A stretch of 59,767 bases of DNA, filler included, from 4 parts of 4 records of this genome joined end to end with filler, not necessarily neighbours in it, one strand, 5' to 3'; positions 48,660-58,337 are shown, counted from the first letter of the whole stretch. Numbers and translations: made by a program. The notes: generated by a model not told the origin, from the letters alone.

Positions 48660-49862
48660 TTGAAAGCACTTCTTCTCACCAACGAATTTCCTCCCAAAAT
48701 TTACGGAGGAGCCGGTATTCACGTTCAGTATTTGTCGCGCGAACTTGCGAAGCTCTGTGATGTCGAGGTGCGTTGTTTTGGTGATCAGGATTCACCCGAT
48801 ACCAATCCTGTTGCGCTTGGGTTTGAGGCCAATGCAGATGATTTCACATCGCCCGACGCCTTGAATTCTGTCTTCACGTCGCTTCAGCGGTGTCTCGATT
48901 TCAATACGAAAAACATCGATGCGGACGTCGTCCACCTGCACACGTGGTATTCGCATTTTGGCGGGATTTTGGCGAAACTGAATTACGGCATTCCTCTGGT
49001 CTTGACTGTTCACTCGCTTGAGCCACTTCGTCCGTGGAAACGCGAGCAGCTTGGTGGTGGTTACGATTTCACGCTGTGGCTTGAAAAAACGGCCATCGAA
49101 ATGGCGGATGCGGTCATTGCGGTTTCGACCGAAACCAAAGAGGATATTCTACGGCTTTTTGATGTGCTGGAAGAGAAGGTGCCGATCATATATAACGGGA
49201 TCGATCCTGAGGAATATCAGATCCGCGAGGACAAAGATGTGTTGCGTCGGCTTGACGTTGATCCTGAGAATCCTTTTGTGCTTTTCGTGGGTCGAATCAC
49301 TCGCCAGAAGGGCATTATTCATTTGGTGAATGCGATTCTCCATCTCGATCCCGGCACGCAGGTTGTACTTTGTGCGGGAGCGCCTGACACGCCAGAGATC
49401 GCGGCGGAAATGAAAGCGGCGATCGATGCCGTGAAATCAGACTTTGATGGCAAAGTCGTTTGGATTGAGGAAATGCTTCCCGACGATCAGAAAATCAATC
49501 TCTACAGCCACGCGGCAGTATTCTGTTGCCCATCAATTTACGAGCCGTTTGGCATCATCAATCTTGAAGCCATGGCTTGCGAAACCCCGGTCGTTGCGAG
49601 TAAAGTTGGCGGCATGAAAGAAGTCATTCTTCACGACGAGACCGGATTGCTCATTCCGCTCGAACAGCAGAAGGAATCACCGTTCGAAGCGACCAACCCC
49701 GAGCAATTTGCAAAAGACCTCGCCAGTGGCATCAACGAACTGATGCGCGATCCTGAGCGCCGCGAGCGCATGGCCAAAGCTGGTCGCGAGCGCGTGATTG
49801 AGAAATTCAGCTGGGCTGAAATTGCTCAGGAGACGTTGGATCTGTATAAGAGTTTGGTGTGA
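48660..49862 (+). CDS. glgA: Actinobacterial-type glycogen synthase / maltose-1-phosphate synthase (GT4)
   Basis: EFPPKIYGGAGIHV, HTWY, HSLEPLRPWKREQLGGGY, VGRITRQKG, YEPFGIINLEA. Likely TTG start at 48660. Confidence 0.9.
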   Translation: MKALLLTNEFPPKIYGGAGIHVQYLSRELAKLCDVEVRCFGDQDSPDTNPVALGFEANADDFTSPDALNSVFTSLQRCLDFNTKNIDADVVHLHTWYSHFGGILAKLNYGIPLVLTVHSLEPLRPWKREQLGGGYDFTLWLEKTAIEMADAVIAVSTETKEDILRLFDVLEEKVPIIYNGIDPEEYQIREDKDVLRRLDVDPENPFVLFVGRITRQKGIIHLVNAILHLDPGTQVVLCAGAPDTPEIAAEMKAAIDAVKSDFDGKVVWIEEMLPDDQKINLYSHAAVFCCPSIYEPFGIINLEAMACETPVVASKVGGMKEVILHDETGLLIPLEQQKESPFEATNPEQFAKDLASGINELMRDPERRERMAKAGRERVIEKFSWAEIAQETLDLYKSLV

Positions 49863-49864
49863 AA

Positions 49865-49891
49865 GTAGCTTCGACTGTCAGTCGAAGCTAC
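49865..49891. repeat. Perfect palindrome between convergent genes
   Basis: GTAGCTTCGACTG-T-CAGTCGAAGCTAC. Confidence 0.8.
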
Positions 49892-49900
49892 GGCTGAAAC

Positions 49901-51346
49901 CTACTTCCCAAGTAACGAATCAAGCAAGCTCTTCCCGACTTTCTCAAGATCATCGATCGCATCTTTGCTACCGCCGATCATCTCGCTCAGATTACCAAAC
50001 GGCGTAGCGATGTCAGCTTTTGGATCGCTCATGTCGCCTTGTGAAATCACGTCGAGAATGATCGTATCGCCTCGTTTAACCGGGCTGAGCACGATGTCCT
50101 TGAGGCCATTGATTCTGAAACCCTTCGTCTTTTTCGCCAAATATTGATCGACCATTTTTTCGACAGCTTTAGTCGTTTCTGGCGACAAAATGAGCGAGCC
50201 TTTGATCATGTGCTGATTCGTAGCGGTATCGACCCAGCTCTTTTCCTTCACCGCCAGACCTGTATCGGGGAGTTGCAAAATCAGCGGCTGATCAAATCGG
50301 TATTTTCCCTGATACTGAGTGATTTGCGTCTTCGCATCCGCCATCAATTCACCGCGCAGAGTCAGATTGCTGAGATCGATTCCTGCAGTGTCGATCTTCC
50401 CAAGCATTTCGCGTATTTTCTCCAACACAGGAAAGGTATTCATCTGGGCGCCTTTCGAAATCGTCAGGTCAACCGCCCAGGCAGGGTCCAATGTGCCGGT
50501 CGCGGCGTTGAACGGCTTTATGTCGCCCAATCCGTCGACATGAGCTGTGAGGAGATCGGTTGTGTCAGAATCGACGACTTTGAGATCACCGCCAAATTGA
50601 AATTTGGCCCGGTTGTGAGCGTTCAAATCGCGCGGGTTCACGTCGATTTCGGTGAACGCGATGCTGAAATTATCGATCGAAACTGTAGAACTCGAGGATT
50701 CGAGAAAGACGTTCACATTGGCGTCTTTCAGTTCAAAACGATCCGCTAACAGCGCTACGGGGAGGTCTCCGACGTCCATTGCCGCGTCTTCGGTTTCAAT
50801 GCCAAGATCAACAGGCTTGACGACGATTACATCGCTTGCCGCCGCTTCCGGTATCGCAACTGGAACTGGCGCAGCAGTAACTTCGGAAGCGGTTACAGTA
50901 ACTTCGGAAGCGGTTACAGTATCGACTGGGGCGTCATCAACTGGCTGGAAAAGTTCAGCGAGCGAAGATTTTCCGTCGCGACTGACTTTCGAATTTACCG
51001 AGACGCCGCTTAGTTCCAGATGATTGATTCGAAGCCGACGAGCGATCAAATCCGCCGTTTTTACTTCTAAATCGACTGTCTCCGCGTGGATCGGGGCTCT
51101 GGCAACCATGCGGGCTGTGTCTTCGCGGGGAAAAAGCGTCAGTCCTGTGATTTTTACCGTCGAAGTGCCAAGGACGCTGGACTCAACCGAGTCGATTTTT
51201 GCGCGACAATTCCAGCGTGACTCGATTTGTTCAGTCAAAAACTCAGGCGTTAGGTAACCGATGACCATGTTGCGTCCGATAAACAGCGCTGCCACTGCAA
51301 GAACGACCAGCGCGATAAGAGTAATGAGGATGACTTTTAATTTCAC
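49901..51346 (-). CDS. AsmA/DUF748-like membrane-anchored protein
   Basis: N-terminal TM anchor and a long beta-rich body. Confidence 0.6.
   Translation of the reverse strand: MKLKVILITLIALVVLAVAALFIGRNMVIGYLTPEFLTEQIESRWNCRAKIDSVESSVLGTSTVKITGLTLFPREDTARMVARAPIHAETVDLEVKTADLIARRLRINHLELSGVSVNSKVSRDGKSSLAELFQPVDDAPVDTVTASEVTVTASEVTAAPVPVAIPEAAASDVIVVKPVDLGIETEDAAMDVGDLPVALLADRFELKDANVNVFLESSSSTVSIDNFSIAFTEIDVNPRDLNAHNRAKFQFGGDLKVVDSDTTDLLTAHVDGLGDIKPFNAATGTLDPAWAVDLTISKGAQMNTFPVLEKIREMLGKIDTAGIDLSNLTLRGELMADAKTQITQYQGKYRFDQPLILQLPDTGLAVKEKSWVDTATNQHMIKGSLILSPETTKAVEKMVDQYLAKKTKGFRINGLKDIVLSPVKRGDTIILDVISQGDMSDPKADIATPFGNLSEMIGGSKDAIDDLEKVGKSLLDSLLGK
50875..50921. repeat. In-frame 21-bp tandem repeat (VTASEVT)
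   Basis: CAGTAACTTCGGAAGCGGTTA twice, plus CAGTA. Confidence 0.9.
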
Positions 51347-51355
51347 GTGGCCAGT

Positions 51356-52468
51356 CTACCGTTGCAAAAACTTCACGCAAACGGGAATGCCTACCCCAAT
51401 TTTTTCACCAGTGAACTTCAAATTGCCGGTGTCTTCGTTGATTTTAAAAACGGCGACCGAATCAGAGCCCTGTCCTGCTGCAAAAAAGTAGCTTCCCGTT
51501 TCATCGATACCGAAGCCACGCGGGGTTTTGCCTTCGATCGATACGTTTCCAATCTTCGTGAGTTTTCCGTTACTGAAATCAATATTAAACGCAGCGATCG
51601 TGTCGTGCCCGCGGTTCGATCCATACAAGAACCGGCCACTCGAATGAACCTGTACTTCAGCAGTAGAAAGTCCCTTCTGCGATTTGTTCTTTTCTGGAAT
51701 GGTCTCGATGGTTTGAAATTCTGTTAATGTTCCTGCTTCGTGATCGAAATTAAACGCAGTCACCGTCATCCCCATTTCATTGATCGCGTAGGCCTTTGTG
51801 CCGTTCGGGTGAAATGCAAAATGCCGGGGCCCCGAGCCGGGTTTCAGCTTGGCAACGCCGTGTTTCGTCATTTTAGCGGTCGTGGAATCCAGCTTATAAA
51901 TCACGATCTCGTCCGTTCCCAAGTCAGCGACAAACACAAACTTCGAATTGGGTCCGGCATTGGCTGAATGCGCATGCGGAGCCTCCTGCCGCCGCTCATT
52001 CACGCTACTGCCGGTGTGCTGGAAAAAGCTCGCCTCTGAAATTGAACCATCATCAGCGATGGCGTAACTCGCTGTACTTCCGCCCGTGTAATTTGCGATA
52101 AAAAGACAGCGCCCATAAGGCTCCGTTGAAACATGGCAGGGATGCGCGCCTTGAGTCGGGAGTGTATTGATCAATGTGAGCAATCCAGTTTCGGAATCGA
52201 TTTTGAATGAACTTACCGATCCTTCTTTGACCTCAGAAACGGCGAAGAGATATTTTTTCGAAGGATGAATCACCAGAAACGAAGGCCGTTCCATTTTCGC
52301 GGCGAGGGCAGGTTTGCCAACTTTTCCCGTTTCTGAATCAAACGTCGCAATGTAAATGCCGTCGCTTTTCTCTGGTTCTGTATACGTTCCGAAGTAAACA
52401 AATTGATCCGCAGCAAATGCGGAAACCGAAGCAGTTACGGCCATGGCGAGGAGAGTAAGTTTTTTCAT
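51356..52468 (-). CDS. pgl: Lactonase family protein (6-phosphogluconolactonase, beta-propeller) with signal peptide
   Basis: YFGTYT, ANYTGG, RQEAPHAH, ADLGTD, GSGPRH, SNRGHD. Confidence 0.88.
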   Translation of the reverse strand: MKKLTLLAMAVTASVSAFAADQFVYFGTYTEPEKSDGIYIATFDSETGKVGKPALAAKMERPSFLVIHPSKKYLFAVSEVKEGSVSSFKIDSETGLLTLINTLPTQGAHPCHVSTEPYGRCLFIANYTGGSTASYAIADDGSISEASFFQHTGSSVNERRQEAPHAHSANAGPNSKFVFVADLGTDEIVIYKLDSTTAKMTKHGVAKLKPGSGPRHFAFHPNGTKAYAINEMGMTVTAFNFDHEAGTLTEFQTIETIPEKNKSQKGLSTAEVQVHSSGRFLYGSNRGHDTIAAFNIDFSNGKLTKIGNVSIEGKTPRGFGIDETGSYFFAAGQGSDSVAVFKINEDTGNLKFTGEKIGVGIPVCVKFLQR

Positions 52469-52510
52469 TGGATAACCGAAAACTAGCGATTGTTGAAACA
52501 GACGTCAATT

Positions 52511-52626
52511 CACGTTCTCACGAAGCAATAGGGTGCGTTCATCGATCAGACCCTGTTGCTTCGAAATGGCGTTTCGAACGTACAGGGTTGGTTCAGCGAA
52601 CGTACCCTGTTGATTCGTGAGAATGT
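52511..52626. repeat. Long imperfect inverted repeat built from four 22-nt units (REP/BIME-like)
   Basis: Units at 52519-52540(-), 52544-52565(+), 52573-52594(-), 52598-52619(+); flanks CACGTTCT / AGAATGTG also pair. Confidence 0.8.
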
Positions 52627-52749
52627 GAGAATTCATCCAGACCGGAATGGCTTTGGCTTGCGGCTTCTGATCGGATCTCGGAATACCTAAAATTCGCTCT
52701 TGAATTCAGCTGGCGTCCTCCCATCTTTGCGCATCGTATCCTCTGGTGA

Positions 52750-53772
52750 ATGACGTCTCCTGAATTCGCATTTCTTAAGCTTGCTCCAAATCGCTATCTG
52801 TGCGGTTGGGGGCCATTTCAGTCTGTGGCGCACCGCCCCACAGAGGCAGGTGCCGTGGCGTTTTACCGAAACAACTTCACGTTGTCCTATCCATTGCCGT
52901 GGAAAATTCCAGTGCGGGTTTTCGAAACAGCCGATCTGCGGGATCTGTTGCCTCAAAACGGGGCAACGCCGCTGCCGGAAATCGAATGGCACGGTTTGGG
53001 CGATAGCGGAGTCCGTGCTGTTTTTGATGAAATTCTCGCTGAAATCGAATCGGGTGCTTTGGAAAAAACAGTTCCTGTTTTGACTGAGCGAGGCCGGCTT
53101 CGTGAAGGCGAGCCTGCTGCCCTGGTAAAAGCAATTGCGGCAGCTCCTGATGAAATGTGGGGCTACGGATTTCGCGAAAAACAAACGGGTGTGGTCGGTG
53201 TGACTCCGGAACAATTATTCACGGTTTCAGGTGGTGTGTTGAAAACGATGGCGCTCGCGGGAACGGCTCCACGCCATGAAGCGGCTGATTTTTTAAATGA
53301 TGTGAAGGAAATTCGCGAGCACGAATTGGTCGCGGATTACTTAACGGAAAAACTGCAAACGATCGGTGACGTCACCCGCGGAGAGCGCACCGTGATGGAT
53401 CTGGGATCGATCGTTCATTTTCTGACTCGGATCGAAGTGAATCTAAATGATCCCGAAACTGATTTGAATGAATTGATTCGCCTGATGCACCCGACGCCGG
53501 CGCTCGGTGCTTATCCACGAGGTGAGGGGGCTTTAGAACGGCTCATGTCATATCGCAAACGATTGGACGTGCCGCTCGAGTTTGGCGCGCCATTCGGCGT
53601 CTGGCATGACAACCAGTTTGAATCGATTGTGACGATTCGAAACGTGTCGTGGGATGGTGACGATGTCTTTTTGCCCAGCGGTGTTGGCATCGTCCAGGGC
53701 AGCCGTTTTGACCGCGAATGGCGTGAACTGGCGCTGAAGCGAAATTCAGTGAAATCCCTTCTGGGAGTTTGA
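52750..53772 (+). CDS. Chorismate-binding enzyme (isochorismate synthase-like)
   Basis: TPEQL, ALAGT, KEIREHELV, HPTPALG, IRN, GVGIV. Confidence 0.85.
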   Translation: MTSPEFAFLKLAPNRYLCGWGPFQSVAHRPTEAGAVAFYRNNFTLSYPLPWKIPVRVFETADLRDLLPQNGATPLPEIEWHGLGDSGVRAVFDEILAEIESGALEKTVPVLTERGRLREGEPAALVKAIAAAPDEMWGYGFREKQTGVVGVTPEQLFTVSGGVLKTMALAGTAPRHEAADFLNDVKEIREHELVADYLTEKLQTIGDVTRGERTVMDLGSIVHFLTRIEVNLNDPETDLNELIRLMHPTPALGAYPRGEGALERLMSYRKRLDVPLEFGAPFGVWHDNQFESIVTIRNVSWDGDDVFLPSGVGIVQGSRFDREWRELALKRNSVKSLLGV

Positions 53773-53805
53773 GAAAATCGCTTAAATGCTTTTTGAAAAC
53801 GTCGG

Positions 53806-55278
53806 TCAGAGCAATTCTGGAAAAACCGACTTCACGTCGAGTTTGTCTCCCGTCTCTTCCTGCAGCTTGAGAAAATTCTGAAACAACGACTTTGCGAGGT
53901 CTTTGTTATCGTCGTAAACGTTGATCATTTCGTCGGGATCATCCTTGGTATTGAAAAGCTGAATCAGTGGAACGCGTGGGAAAAGCATCAGTTTGTGATC
54001 GCCTTTGACAACGCAACGCTGGCCTTTCAGATAGCCGCCGTAGATCGCGTCGTAGCTTTTCTTTGCTGAGCCATCGAGGAGCGGAAGGATGCTTTTGAAT
54101 TGCACGTGATCAGGAATCGGCGCACTGGCGAGCTCCATGGCCGTCGGCATCACGTCTTGCAAATACACTTTCGCAGCATGTTTTTTTCCTTTCTCAACGC
54201 CGGGGCCGGCAACGATGAAGGGCACGCGGATACTGTGGTCAAACAGGTTTTGTTTTCCAAGGAGTCCATGATGACCCACACTCAAGCCGTGATCGGCGGT
54301 GAAGAAGATCCACGTGTTGTCTGCTTTTCCAGTCGCTTCGAGCGCATCGAGGATGAGTCCCACCTGTTCGTCCATGTGTTCGCAAATCGCGTAGTATTCC
54401 TGGCGATTTACTTTAATGGAATATTCCGTCCGTGGAAACGGCGCCAGCTTTTCATCGCGCAAACCCTTGCCGCAATCGACAGCGTCCTTGTAAGGATACT
54501 CCGGCATAAAATTCGTCGGTAATTCAATTCGGTCGAGCGGATAGCGATCGATGAAGTCTTTCGGTGCTTGACGTGGATCATGAACCGCGTTGAACGCAAG
54601 CGTCATGAAAAACGGTTTATCTTTTTTTTTCGCGGTGTTTAAAAATTCAAGAGCATCGTCTTTCACGACTTCACTCCAGTGCTTGCCGCCTTCCCAGAAG
54701 CCACCGAATTTGGGATCGTAGGGACTCCAAGTATCCGGCTGACCTTCGATCGGGCGATTGTAGCCTTCGGTCGTCTGCTTGGGCATTCCTCCACGCACAT
54801 TTTTCGCGGTTTGGTAAATGTCCTCCGCCTTTGCTTTGACATGCCACTTGCCGGTGAAGTAAGTGTCGTAACCAGCTTTCTCCATCATTTGTGACCACAT
54901 CAACCCTTGTTCAGCCAGATTTTTTGCCGGCTTAGGTGGAGCTTCGCCTTTCTTTTTCTTTTTGCCGCCGCCGAACTGATTGTAAGTTTCTTCAGCCTTC
55001 CAGACGAATGCCCCGGTGTTGATCATGTGACGGCTCGCCACGCAAACGGCACCGCTCCACGAGCCCATGTTATAGGCGTGAGTAAAAGTCGTGCCGCGCT
55101 GGACAAGCTTATCCAGATTGGGCGTATCGATATCGGTGTGCCCAAATTCACGAATGATTTCAAAACACATATCGTCCGCGAAGAGAAAGAGGATGTTCGG
55201 TTTTTCCTCGGCATTTGCGGTGAAGGATACTAATAAACCAACAAATAATAGCAGGGGAATTGTGACTTTTTGTAGCAT
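53806..55278 (-). CDS. Formylglycine-dependent sulfatase with signal peptide
   Basis: KPNILFLFADD, TPNLD, CVASR, GKWH, HDP, ADHG, GKQN. Likely start ATG 55278. Confidence 0.93.
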   Translation of the reverse strand: MLQKVTIPLLLFVGLLVSFTANAEEKPNILFLFADDMCFEIIREFGHTDIDTPNLDKLVQRGTTFTHAYNMGSWSGAVCVASRHMINTGAFVWKAEETYNQFGGGKKKKKGEAPPKPAKNLAEQGLMWSQMMEKAGYDTYFTGKWHVKAKAEDIYQTAKNVRGGMPKQTTEGYNRPIEGQPDTWSPYDPKFGGFWEGGKHWSEVVKDDALEFLNTAKKKDKPFFMTLAFNAVHDPRQAPKDFIDRYPLDRIELPTNFMPEYPYKDAVDCGKGLRDEKLAPFPRTEYSIKVNRQEYYAICEHMDEQVGLILDALEATGKADNTWIFFTADHGLSVGHHGLLGKQNLFDHSIRVPFIVAGPGVEKGKKHAAKVYLQDVMPTAMELASAPIPDHVQFKSILPLLDGSAKKSYDAIYGGYLKGQRCVVKGDHKLMLFPRVPLIQLFNTKDDPDEMINVYDDNKDLAKSLFQNFLKLQEETGDKLDVKSVFPELL

Positions 55279-55428
55279 TCCTATGTCTAAGGACGCGACT
55301 GCGTGTTGTAAAGTCGCATAATTCAGCGTCATCCTGCTTGACCTGTCAACAGTTCCGCCGACTTTATGAGCCTCGCAACCCCTTATTAATCAGGGAGAAA
55401 ACCACTAACTGACTATCCCACAAAATAT

Positions 55429-55764
55429 ATGAGTAAACTTGATGACCTAGTTGTTAAATTCGCCAAGGATCTTGAAAGCCTTGACCAGAAAGTTGACGCA
55501 AAACTGCTTCGTGCAGTTGCAAAAAGCTGCGGCCCGTCAATTTACCGCTCAGACGCAAGTCTTGTTGCGATGTCAGACCCGAAAGAAGTTGCACGGGTGA
55601 AGAAGAATTTTTGCATCGGTCGTCTTGGGCTCAAAGATACGCAGAAGACCGATGAAGGAATCGCTGCCGTGAAAAAGCTCTACAAAAAGAACCGCAAACT
55701 CCGTGCGGTTTTTTATTACCTTCTCGTGAAGCATTTTCGTAAAGGATCGCTTTACAAGGACTGA
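55429..55764 (+). CDS. DUF2853-like protein
   Basis: GPSIY.SDASLV, VKKNF, RAVFYYLL. Confidence 0.8.
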   Translation: MSKLDDLVVKFAKDLESLDQKVDAKLLRAVAKSCGPSIYRSDASLVAMSDPKEVARVKKNFCIGRLGLKDTQKTDEGIAAVKKLYKKNRKLRAVFYYLLVKHFRKGSLYKD

Positions 55765-55801
55765 GGTTAGAATTTTCTCTTAGCCATTTTTTGGTTTTAA
55801 T

Positions 55802-55833
55802 AGGCCCTTTCCGGAAATGGGGAGGGCTTTTTT
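55802..55833 (+). terminator. Rho-independent terminator
   Basis: GGCCCTTTCC-GGAAAT-GGGGAGGGC followed by TTTTTT. Confidence 0.75.
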
Positions 55834-55921
55834 GCGTCTGCCTGACCTGCGGGAACCGGCTATTCGATTCCGTTAGACCTCGCGTGAAACCGATGCATGT
55901 TCTTTAAGAACCAACCATGTC

Positions 55922-56803
55922 ATGACACCAGCTGAACTCGAACAGATTGATCCCAAGCCGATCATTATCGACCTTCGCCTTGAGGAGGATCACGCTTCGG
56001 GAAGTATTCCGGGATCTTACAACAATTGTATCTTCGAAACTGCGTTCGTTGGTCGAATGCCTGTGATAGCTACAGAACTAGACGCGCCTGTTTTGGTATA
56101 CGGAGCAGACGCACGCAGTTACGAGTGCGAAATGGCTCTTCCGAAACTTAGCAAACTCGGATACACGAAAGTCACTGTTTTGGAGGGTGGCTTCCAGGCC
56201 TGGGGGGATGCAAAACTTCCGATCATAGGCACCAACGAAGCTCCAGCCGTTCCCGAAGCGAAAGATGGCAATCATGAAATCGATTGTGTTGAAAGTTCGA
56301 TTCATTGGACCGGCCGAAATTTGCTGAACAAACATGTCGGCTCAGTGGGGATCAGCCGAGGTGACATTGAACTCGCCGGTGGGCTCATCGTTGCGGGCTC
56401 CTTTGAGATCGATATGAGCTCGATCTGTGCAACGGATCTCGAAGGCGAACAACGCGAGGGGCTAAATCAGCATTTGAAAAGCGACGACTTTTTTGATGTC
56501 GAAAATTTCCCCGCAGCCATTCTCCGTGTTCTCGGTTCGGCTCCCGTCGATGGAAACACGATTGGCGGTCCCAATCTTCAAATTGATGCTGAGTTGACGA
56601 TTCGCGCCAGCGTGGTTCCAGTCAGGTTTGATGTCGCTTGTGGCATTGCGCCCAACGGGCAGCTTGCGGCGCAAGGGTTGTTCAGCATTGATCGAACCCT
56701 GTGGGGTGTTCTTTATGGATCCGGCAAATTTTTTCACCGCCTCGGGATGCATTTGGTGAATGATCTTATCGATATTGAGGTTAAAATTGTGACAGAAGTG
56801 TAA
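55922..56803 (+). CDS. Rhodanese-YceI fusion protein
   Basis: IIDLR..G.IPGS..LEGGFQAW, then S.IHWTG..HLKSDDFFDVENFP..IDRTLWG. Confidence 0.85.
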   Translation: MTPAELEQIDPKPIIIDLRLEEDHASGSIPGSYNNCIFETAFVGRMPVIATELDAPVLVYGADARSYECEMALPKLSKLGYTKVTVLEGGFQAWGDAKLPIIGTNEAPAVPEAKDGNHEIDCVESSIHWTGRNLLNKHVGSVGISRGDIELAGGLIVAGSFEIDMSSICATDLEGEQREGLNQHLKSDDFFDVENFPAAILRVLGSAPVDGNTIGGPNLQIDAELTIRASVVPVRFDVACGIAPNGQLAAQGLFSIDRTLWGVLYGSGKFFHRLGMHLVNDLIDIEVKIVTEV

Positions 56804-56860
56804 TTTTATTACTATTTTTATGAAACTTGCTCGAAAGGGCGGGGTTTTAGGTATCAGACA

Positions 56861-57280
56861 ATGGAAAATCCAGATACATCCGATCAGCTTAACGAAACCG
56901 ACCACAAAACGTGGGATCTTCTGAAGCATGCTTCTACGACAGAGCCGGGCGCTTTTTTCTCCCGGAATGTCGTTCGTGAAGTTCGGCGGTTGGTCGCGGA
57001 TGAATCTGAAGCCGAAAATCGTGGTGGTCTGTTTGGATGGTTCCGAAGCCCTGTGGGAGCATTTACCGGTGTGGTTGCGGCGATTGCGATTGCGATTGTG
57101 GCAATCAGCCTTGCCCCGTCAGGTGATGAAAACGTTCAGGTGACTGTCGCGTCGATCACTGAAGCTGAATTTATCAGCAGCCCGACCGACGAATTTGCCG
57201 ATGTTGAATACCTCGGTGAACTGATGGCGGTGAGTGATCCCGCAATGCTGACCGATCAGGCGTTCGCCGATCTTTTCTAA
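56861..57280 (+). CDS. Single-TM hypothetical protein (anti-sigma-like architecture)
   Basis: WDLL..P.AFFSRNVVREVR, one TM segment, acidic C-terminus. Confidence 0.7.
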   Translation: MENPDTSDQLNETDHKTWDLLKHASTTEPGAFFSRNVVREVRRLVADESEAENRGGLFGWFRSPVGAFTGVVAAIAIAIVAISLAPSGDENVQVTVASITEAEFISSPTDEFADVEYLGELMAVSDPAMLTDQAFADLF

Positions 57281-57296
57281 AGGCGAGGGGGTTTAC

Positions 57297-57394
57297 GAAC
57301 CACCCCTATTGGTTCGAAGAACAGACCCTGTTAATTCGAAACGGCCTTCCGATCAGATACTATCCGTTCGATGAACCGGCCCTATTGAATCGGC
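57297..57394 (+). repeat. Four direct 22-nt degenerate repeats
   Basis: Units at 57297, 57319, 57351 and 57373; same family as at 52519-52619. Confidence 0.7.
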
Positions 57395-57532
57395 GGAATG
57401 TTTTTAAAAATAAATCCATAAATTTTTAAAAATTAAGTTCTAAATTTAAGATTTATTGATTTTTAATTGAAATTAATCTAATGTTTTTGTGTTGAGTCCG
57501 TTTCGTTTCTGAACATTCTTCTCTTTATTCCT

Positions 57533-58333
57533 ATGCGAGTTTTCGCCCCTCTGATTTCTTCTGTTGTTGCGTTGGCCCTTTTTGTAGCCGGTATTTCTGC
57601 GTGTAATTCGGTGCCTGACACTCAGCGTAGGCAGTTCAACATCCTTTCTCTAGGAAAGGAAGCGTCGCTCGGCTTTTCGGAGTTTGAGAAGATGAAAAAG
57701 TCGAAGCAGATTTCGAATAATTCCAGCTACAATGCACAGGTTCAGCGGGTAGGGACGCAGCTCGCACGGGTCATGCCAATTGAAGTAGCACAGTGGGAGT
57801 TTGTGGTATTTGAAGACGATACGCCGAATGCATTTGCACTTCCCGGTGGTAAAGTGGGTGTTCATACAGGGCTTTTTCAAGTGACACAATCCGATGCAGG
57901 CCTGGCTGCCGTGATCGGTCATGAAGTCGGGCATGTGGTGGCTCGTCACTCGGGTGAGCGAATGACGCAAGGCGTGGTGAGCGCGGCAGCGGTTGCTGGA
58001 ACCGCTGCATTGCTGAAGAAAAAAGCGGGTGAAGGTTCGGTGGCACCGGGAATCGCGGCCGGTGTGTTGGGCGGCGCGGCGTTGGTTTATAATCGGAAAT
58101 TTTCGCGGGATCAGGAACTGGAAGCTGACAAATTGGGGGCACTTTACATGGCCCGGGCAGGCTATGATCCTCGTGAGTCGGTCAGTCTTTGGCAACGGTT
58201 CTCTGCTTACAAAACTTCGAGTGGAGCGGCGCAAAAGGGTTCGATTTTGAGCACCCATCCTGTCGACTCGGTTCGTATCGAACAATTACAGGCCTTTATG
58301 CCGCGTGCGTTGCAGGAGTATAAGGAGAGTTGA
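57533..58333 (+). CDS. M48-family zinc metallopeptidase, probable lipoprotein
   Basis: ISAC lipobox, NAFALPGG, HEVGH, ELEAD, STHP. Confidence 0.93.
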   Translation: MRVFAPLISSVVALALFVAGISACNSVPDTQRRQFNILSLGKEASLGFSEFEKMKKSKQISNNSSYNAQVQRVGTQLARVMPIEVAQWEFVVFEDDTPNAFALPGGKVGVHTGLFQVTQSDAGLAAVIGHEVGHVVARHSGERMTQGVVSAAAVAGTAALLKKKAGEGSVAPGIAAGVLGGAALVYNRKFSRDQELEADKLGALYMARAGYDPRESVSLWQRFSAYKTSSGAAQKGSILSTHPVDSVRIEQLQAFMPRALQEYKES

Positions 58334-58337
58334 ACGA

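Noticed and set aside
52519-57394. 22-nt repeats as a CRISPR array or LexA boxes
   Set aside because: The units are degenerate, abut or invert, lack unique spacers and have no cas genes. The GTTC-GAAC spacing is N3, not the N4 of the verrucomicrobial SOS box.
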